64,000 nucleotides of DNA, taken from the NCBI GenBank assembly GCA_964016885.1, contig OZ024753.1, forward strand, positions 11,284,001-11,348,000. The letters run 5' to 3'. Below the pieces are notes generated by a model. It saw only the letters and a program-made list of their open reading frames with translations. It ran no database searches and had not been told where the DNA came from. Made by a program: the position numbers and the translations under genes. This document shows, in pieces, positions 56,209 through 64,000 of the stretch. Source of the stretch: Eledone cirrhosa (lineage: Eukaryota). Numbering within the stretch: the first letter of the stretch is position 1; the number at the start of each line of letters is the position of its first letter.

Positions 56209-56304
56209 AAATTAAGAGAATAACCAATTGAGATTATCACATAATTTTACTCATGTACGTTTCAATGTAAACTCCAATATAAGACACAACACACCCGCAC
56301 ACAC

Positions 56305-56392
<88 letters not shown>

Positions 56393-56706
56393 TATGTGTG
56401 CGTCCCGGGTTCAATCTGAGGTAATCACAGTTAGTAGGGTACACAATACGTTAGTAGAATGGAAACATAATGGTTAATATAGAAATGGTTTCTACAGGAC
56501 TAGAACTGTTTCATTCCAAAGAAATCATTAGGAAAGCCCAGGCTTTCCTCAAGAGTTCTTTTGAATGAAACAGTTCTAGTCCTGTGGAAAAATTTCTAAG
56601 TTAAACATGATATATATATATTTATATATTACGATATCTTTATGTCTTAAATATTTCTGTATTTATCTCACTTATATTTCAGAATGAAATTTTATTTCGT
56701 ACTTAC

Positions 56707-56730
56707 CATATCGTTTCACCTCGGGTTCAT
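56707..56730 (-). CDS. candidate 24-nt symmetric microexon (xEPEVKRYx) of an unidentified gene
   Basis: ttctttttcctattttccag|ATGAACCCGAGGTGAAACGATATG|gtaagt: strong acceptor and donor, length divisible by 3. Confidence 0.45.
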
Positions 56731-57000
56731 CTGGAAAATAGGAAAAAGAAATTGAATGAGATAAGAAATGCAAATATCTCTCTACATTTAGATAGCTGTG
56801 TGCACACACGCGCATATATCACACACACACACGCACACAAACACATATATATATGTATATAAATGCACGCACACATGCATATGGATTTTCATAAGTATTT
56901 ATGTATCGATTTTTTAATTATTTCTATGGCTTAAAACATGGCTTGAATTGATAAGTTTACAGGTAATTATGTTGATTATTCCCCATCATACACCCCCGCC

Positions 57001-57105
<105 letters not shown>

Positions 57106-59545
57106 TGTGTGTGTAGAAGTTTCGCACAAAATATTAAGAGTAGAATATTTTCAGTTATTTGAGATAATTCATGCAATGTGAAAAGAAATGCTAATATTAA
57201 ATCTAGAATGAGCATCAAAGGAAAGCAGGAAAACTTCTATTGAATATGCCTCCCCGATGAGATCAAATATATGCAAACATATCAGTTGTTTTCAGCAGTT
57301 ATTTATAAAGGCTAGAAACATACTTCTATCGTTCTCCATATATACGATATTTGGAAGTCTTTCAAAAGGTCATAAGCTCAAGACTGGCGTCCATTCTTCT
57401 CAGTAAACCTAGACGAGTCAATGTGTTGGTGTTGTAAACGGAAATTGACAAAAAATCCAGAAAATGTTTGGATTTATGTATTTTAGTAGAAATATCTTTT
57501 AAGTCTTCTTTAAAACAAATATAATGGAATAAGCCATACATGTCAGATATGGTTATGTCTGAGATAATTCAGCAACAACTCCTGTGGTTAAGTTTAAGTT
57601 ATATAATGCTTTCTTTTAATTGTATTGCTAGTTTCACGTAGTGGAAGACAGCCAAATGTTTCAGTCAATGATATTGACCCCAGGACTAACGCCAGTCTAA
57701 TAATAATTTTATTGATCCAAATGTAATAAATGGATATGTTAACCTTTCGACACACGACCACTTCATGGCCGGATTTGATGCTGTATTGACTGGGTGGTTT
57801 GAAAGAAAGGAGTAAAAATGACTCAGTATGATCGAAGATTGCAGTTGTTTATTTAGACTGAACCAGTAGCCAATCTATAGGTAGTCGTTTGCAGAGACGT
57901 CGAAAACAAAATCAACATTTGATTTCTTTCCGAGAAGCAGGCTACTGCATCAGCCTAAATAAACTTTCTCTCGAATTATATAAAATTCCACTCATTAGAT
58001 ATTTATCTGATTGTTGAAACAATGAGATATGTTTTGATCAACCTCAGTTTGGAGTCGAAGACATTTTCCGAATGAACGACACTGTGGCATGGAACAAGTA
58101 TTTGTGATGCGAACAATATAACCACAGACCCATTCACTAGTATCATGTAACAAAAACATCTATTAAATCACAACAGACATACACTTATGAGCATGACAAT
58201 TATAATTTAGACGTCAACTGTTATTCCAACATGGAGTTGAATCTTGTCGATAAATATATGGATGTAAAACAGCCACCAATGAGGAGGGGACTGTTGATCA
58301 TTCTATAAGACGTAGCTTTTAAAACTCCATGAAATTACACCCTATTGTTTTCAAAATGAAACGATATTCTGGGTAATATATTTCTTAATGCATATTGCAA
58401 GCATTGAAGCAGAAATTCCGGAAACCTTTGATCAATTGCATCAATAACAGGTCTGAATTACAGCTAAACAGCAACACCACATCTTCTCCACGAACAACAA
58501 CAGCCAGAGTAGAATATGGGCATTAAAGCCGAATTCCACGTACATCTACAATTAGCATTTTCAATGCTCTGAATATATTCATAAAGTGACTTTAGGCTAC
58601 GGTTATGTAGCACGTCATTGTTTGTATTCTCATGAATAGTTACGCCCACATAACAAAATATGAATTCAAATAAGCATTTCTAAGGGTGTATTAATTCATA
58701 TGAAATCACATAAACATATATCACTCCATGGATTTTATTTCTTCAAGCGATGTGTGTGAGCAGTGAGCAGTGAGCAGTTAACTCAGAATTCTTTACATCA
58801 AAAATTTACATATATGATATACATAAATGTACATAGACACAAAGATACATATATACATACATACATACATAAATATATATGAATACATACATACATACAT
58901 ACATACATTCATATATACACACACATACATACATATGTAGATGCATACATACATAAATACATACACATACACACACACATACATATGTAGATACATACAT
59001 ACATAAATACATACACACACATACATACATACATATATAGATACATACATACATAAATACGTACATACATAGATACATACATAAATATATACATGAATAT
59101 AGATAGATAGATACATACATACATAAATACGTACATACATAGATACATACATAAATACATACATAAATATAGATAGATAGATACATACATATATATATAT
59201 ATATACCTACTCATACATAAATATAGATACATATATACATATATATATATATACACATACACATATACACATACATATATGTAAACACACACACACACAC
59301 ACATATATACACACACATACGTATTTGCACACACACGCATATACACACACACACACACATATGCACACACACACATACACGCATATACACACACACATAC
59401 ATATGCACACACATACACATATGCACACACACACACACACATATGTGCACACACACACACATATATATATCCGGGAGCTTCCAACAGAAATAGTTGCATT
59501 CTTTAAGGGTATGTCAATATTTATTTATAAAACTGATCTATATTA

Positions 59546-59610
59546 TATTTTATCTGATGAAAGCACACCATAATTTAACTTGGTGTCCTTGAAATATGTA
59601 TAATGAAATA
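59546..59610 (+). ncRNA. type I hammerhead (family B)
   Basis: tattttat CTGATGA aagcacacca...tggtgtcctt GAAA tatgta TA atgaaata. Confidence 0.8.
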
Positions 59611-59877
59611 AATATGGTTTTATAAATATACTGTATTAGAAAAACCATTTAATAAGTCGGAACCACTTTCAAATAAAACTCTCAGGAGGCGTTTAGATAT
59701 TAAGAAAAGGAATTATTTCTCAAAGATGAGAATATTCCAACCAGTTGTTAGGAATCATTTTATAAATAAATTATTCATACACACACATCGATATTTAATC
59801 ACAGACACACACAGATACATACATATACATGCATGCTGACACACAGACACGCACAGATATAGACATAAACACATATA

Positions 59878-59938
<61 letters not shown>

Positions 59939-60065
59939 TACTACCCTAAGTATTGAGTACTTTGGTGCGTTATGGTCCACCTGGTTCCTTACCACATTTC
60001 CTTCGTTATATATATATATATCAATGATATTAATAAATAGAAACTATATTTATAAAACCATATTT

Positions 60066-60124
60066 ATTTTATTATATATATTTCAAGGGTACCAACATAT
60101 TGGTACGCTCTCATCAGATAAAAT
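60066..60124 (-). ncRNA. type I hammerhead (family B, covariant stem II)
   Basis: attttat CTGATGA gagcgtaccaa-tatg-ttggtaccctt GAAA tatata TA ataaaat. Confidence 0.82.
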
Positions 60125-60325
60125 GCAAAATTTGTTTCATAAATAGTGACATACCCAACAAATAAAATATCTCTTTGCTTATATATATATATATATATAT
60201 ATATTGGTAAACGGAATAGAATATGCTGACAAATTGTTCACAGTTGAAAAATGGTTTAATTAGGAATAAAAGAGTATTAGTGATTGTATGGGTTAGTATT
60301 CAGTTGTGGTTTTAAGTTTTTAAGC

Positions 60326-60362
60326 TTTTACCGGTTGCGCATTTCTAAATGCTTTTCAAAAA
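60326..60362 (-). ncRNA. hammerhead motif with U3-A8 core; GAAA mutated to GCAA (probably inactive)
   Basis: Minus strand: ttt TTGAAAA gcatt-taga-aatgc GCAA ccgg TA aaa. Confidence 0.55.
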
Positions 60363-60401
60363 TAATTTTGAGATAGAGTGTCCGTGCTGTTTGCTCTGAT
60401 C

Positions 60402-60558
<157 letters not shown>

Positions 60559-60627
60559 GTATATATATATATATATATAATGAGTTATATGCTTTGCTGA
60601 GGAATATTCAACAGAGATAAATTTATT

Positions 60628-60809
60628 AGATTCTACTTTTGGCACAAGGCGAGCGATTCCCCCAGTGCATCACTGGTACTTTATTTTATCGACCTCGTAA
60701 AGATGAAAGGCAAATTAACCTCGGCGGATTTGAACTCAGACCGTAAAGGACCATAACTATGCTGCAAAACATGTTGTCTGACGCTCTACCGATACTGCCA
60801 AACCACCAC
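60628..60809 (-). mobile_element. SINE1 with 18-bp TSD
   Basis: caacagagataaatttat at 60609-60626 and 60810-60827. Confidence 0.92.
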
Positions 60810-60925
60810 CAACAGAGATAAATTTATAACAGATATGAAGCACTCTACAGTAAATTTATCTGGTGTATTATAATATTAATATTAAAAATATTAATAAATG
60901 GAAAATATCTTAATAACAACAAATT

Positions 60926-60985
60926 TATTTCATTATACATATTTCAAGGATACAAGATTATAGAATGCTTTCGTCAGATAAAATA
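60926..60985 (-). ncRNA. type I hammerhead (family B, diverged)
   Basis: tattttat CTGACGA aagcattc...gtatcctt GAAA tatgta TA atgaaata. Confidence 0.65.
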
Positions 60986-61394
60986 AAATATTTAGTGTCA
61001 AGATATTGACATGTCCAGAGCATGACATTAAAACGTAAGCCAACAATGGGCAGTACCACTGTTTCTCTGGGCACATTAACCCTTTTTCAATTAATTTACT
61101 CTACATTTACTATTGTATTGTTGTGGTAAATGTTTTATCTTACATAATTATCTCACGTAATACAGAACCTATGAAATGTTGATATTACATATTTTGAGAA
61201 CAATACCTTAACATCAGTGTGAGCAGTCGGTTACAGCAGGTTTGAACAGAAAGAGGTGAGAGAATTCCGGTAGGATATGGCCGGTTTAAATGCTACAGGG
61301 TTAATATCTATTTAATTGACGGGCCATTGCATAAAGACGTATACCCAGAACGTAAATCTCAGGTATTTTCAGCAGAGTTAGATATGTAGCGAGT

Positions 61395-61673
61395 GGAGGC
61401 ACGTGGCCTAGTGGTAAGGGTGTTGGACTTACGATCATAACGTCGTAGGTGCGATTCCTTGGTTGCATGTTGTGTTCTTGAACAAAACACCGCATTTCAC
61501 GTTGCATCAGTATCCTCAGCTGAAAATGAATACCAGCAATAAGTGGGGGTTTAACCCCGTGACGGACTGGCGTCTTGTCCAGGGGGATGTCTTGTACTCT
61601 CAGTCGCTTCACGCCATGAAACCGGGATCAGCACTGGTCTAACGAACCTTCTGGCTTAAGACAGACTTTAGAC
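61395..61673 (+). mobile_element. SINE2, full length (tRNA head, CORE-like box, ggactggcgtc.tgtccagggg domain)
   Basis: A box tggcctagtgg; B-box-like ggtgcgattcc; gtgttcttgaacaaaacac; tail ggcttaagacagactttagac. Confidence 0.85.
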
Positions 61674-61832
61674 ATTACATATGTAACGAGGGTGCCACGT
61701 TCAATTACTGGTACAGTCAATCCAAGCATAGGAAACGAATCATCCACCTGACCACCTGATCATTTCTTAAAAGACATATTTTCAATTTGTCCAGATTGCA
61801 TCTACAAGCGTGCAGACAGACTCTCACACACA

Positions 61833-61957
<125 letters not shown>

Positions 61958-62121
61958 AGGAAAGAGTCAGGACCTCGACGGCTGAGTTTCGGCCGTTTCG
62001 ACAGATAGACCCAAACGCCTGGAGATCAGCGGCCGGGATCCTGAATTCATATACCCACTCAACTATCCTAAGTATTGAGTACTCTAGTGCGTTATGGTCC
62101 ACCTGGTATCTTACCACACCT

Positions 62122-62152
<31 letters not shown>

Positions 62153-62243
62153 ATATGTAAAAGGTAAACAGAAATAACAACACAATCGGTACAGTATATA
62201 GAAGGTATATATTAGGTTAACGCTTGATATAGCAGCAAGAGTG

Positions 62244-62279
62244 TCTTAACGTTTCGAACGCTAGTCCTTCATCAGAAGA
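62244..62279 (-). ncRNA. minimal type I hammerhead
   Basis: tctt CTGATGA a gga-ctagcg-ttc GAAA cg TT aaga (AACGTT palindrome). Confidence 0.78.
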
Positions 62280-62634
62280 AAGAATGAGAAATAAAATAGA
62301 TTGAGGGGACGGGCGGGATGGAATTGGAAAAAATGTCTTTAGATAAAAATAACAGGCCAATTCATGTTGACATCTCTTACAAAACATATATATGTTCATT
62401 CTATTATAGAAGTAAGCCCTACAGCAGTAGAAATATTTCATTTGTAAGAAAACGTCCGTACGGTCAGATAAGTTTTGTTAATTTCTTACGAATGAAACAG
62501 TTCTAATACTGTAGAAGTTATTTCTCTGATGAAATGAATATACATTTACTAACCTATTGAGTACATTTATTAACAGTGGTTACCCCCACCCCCAATTTGC
62601 AACGGAATCCTACATACCATACATACACACAAAC

Positions 62635-62703
<69 letters not shown>

Positions 62704-62911
62704 CGTTTCTGAATTTGTTTAGCAAGAATGTTTATCTGAAAACGTGTGTTGAAACCGATATTGTTATACTTTGGGAGGGACATGTTGCCAATAAGAAACA
62801 CACGCACCAGTAGTCTTTACTTCAATTTAATATAAAAGAATTTATAAATTTAGGAATTTATAAATTTCCGGTTGGTTGGTTCCACAACCAGATGGTTGTT
62901 TATACATTGAT

Positions 62912-62992
<81 letters not shown>

Positions 62993-63150
62993 ACGAAGGA
63001 AAAGTGGTAAGGAACCAGATTGACCATAACGCTCCAAAGTACTCAATACTTAGGGTAGTAGAGTGGGTAATTCAGTCCAGAATTAGCAGTCGAAACGGCT
63101 TGAGCTCTGCCGTCAGGGTCATACTTGTTCCTATATATATATATCCATCA

Positions 63151-63182
<32 letters not shown>

Positions 63183-63395
63183 ATCTGAGTTTCTCGAATA
63201 TTAATAATAAGATTCCATTCATTTGCAATTATGCAAACAAGCCTCATTTTTATAGCCATTTCAGTAGAATGAACCCTTCATTCTTGCTCTTGTGTTGGCA
63301 TGTAAACAGAACTGCAGACGAATCCAATGTTATTATTAATATTCGAAAAATTGAGATTACGTTTATTGTATTCAGCCATGTAGAGCGAAATATTT

Positions 63396-63439
<44 letters not shown>

Positions 63440-63495
63440 CGCTCTCTCTCTCTAGATACATATATATATATCTCTCTCTCACTCTCTCTCTCTCT

Positions 63496-63545
<50 letters not shown>

Positions 63546-63775
63546 TTATGTATGTGAGGTGGGAAAAATTGAATATTCTTGACAAAAGACATTTTCGAAG
63601 CGTTATTCCAGAGAAATATTGATTTGTACAGTTACACAACAATAAAATACCAATGTCAGGTAGTTTTATGTCTCGTAGCTAGTAGATAGAGCTTGGAATA
63701 GCCATATCAATACTATCAACAGTTGGTTGGTGAGAGAGGGTGGTATGTTTATAAATATATCGAAGAGTCCGTGTG

Positions 63776-63814
<39 letters not shown>

Positions 63815-63847
63815 AAATCCAAAGATGGTTAAAAGAGTTCCAACATT

Positions 63848-63910
63848 TTATTATGCGCATTTCAAAAACAAATATCATCATGGGATGATAGTTGCGTTCT
63901 CATCAGATAA
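63848..63910 (-). ncRNA. type I hammerhead
   Basis: ttat CTGATGA gaacgcaac-tatcatc-ccat-gatgata-tttgttttt GAAA tgcgca TA ataa. Confidence 0.8.
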
Positions 63911-64000
63911 TAGGGAGACGTGATATGAAGCTTGAAAAACACTTGCAAGCAGTGAAGTGTTAAATCAACATATATATTATATATATATATATTATATATA

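Noticed and set aside
57200-58700. Long non-repetitive AT-rich stretch as a possible exon or transposase
   Set aside because: No sustained ORF or motif; contains only old diverged repeat fragments.

Overview
Eukaryotic, AT-rich, repeat-saturated animal DNA. The SINE repertoire and (TA)n/(CA)n density resemble an octopod cephalopod genome; this is an inference from recalled repeat families, not a database result. There is no intact protein-coding gene: nearly all ORFs in the track are translations of microsatellites or satellites. The window contains five tandem satellite arrays, about 22 copies of one tRNA-derived SINE plus a second CORE-like SINE, decayed LINE fragments (two RTE-type, Tx1/L1-like 3' ends, a possible RLE fragment), a Penelope-like (PLE) reverse-transcriptase fragment, and hAT, Mariner, pogo and CMC-like MITEs. 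The main hidden signal is that the short 'unique' islands between (TA)n runs are a swarm of small elements carrying type I hammerhead ribozyme (HHR) motifs. I count about 23 complete or near-complete motifs from at least a dozen unrelated sequence families. They show family-specific palindromic stem III, compensatory stem II changes, a recurrent U3-A8 covariant core, roughly 100-nt stem II extensions, and recurrent fold-back inversions that start at TA or at the ribozyme's own stem II. This fits a microsatellite-targeting PLE/retrozyme-like system. HHRs in PLEs are known in general, but I cannot check whether these families or the snap-back pattern have been described. A 24-nt minus-strand microexon candidate suggests part of the window may be intronic. 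All structures were paired by eye; none was computed or tested.
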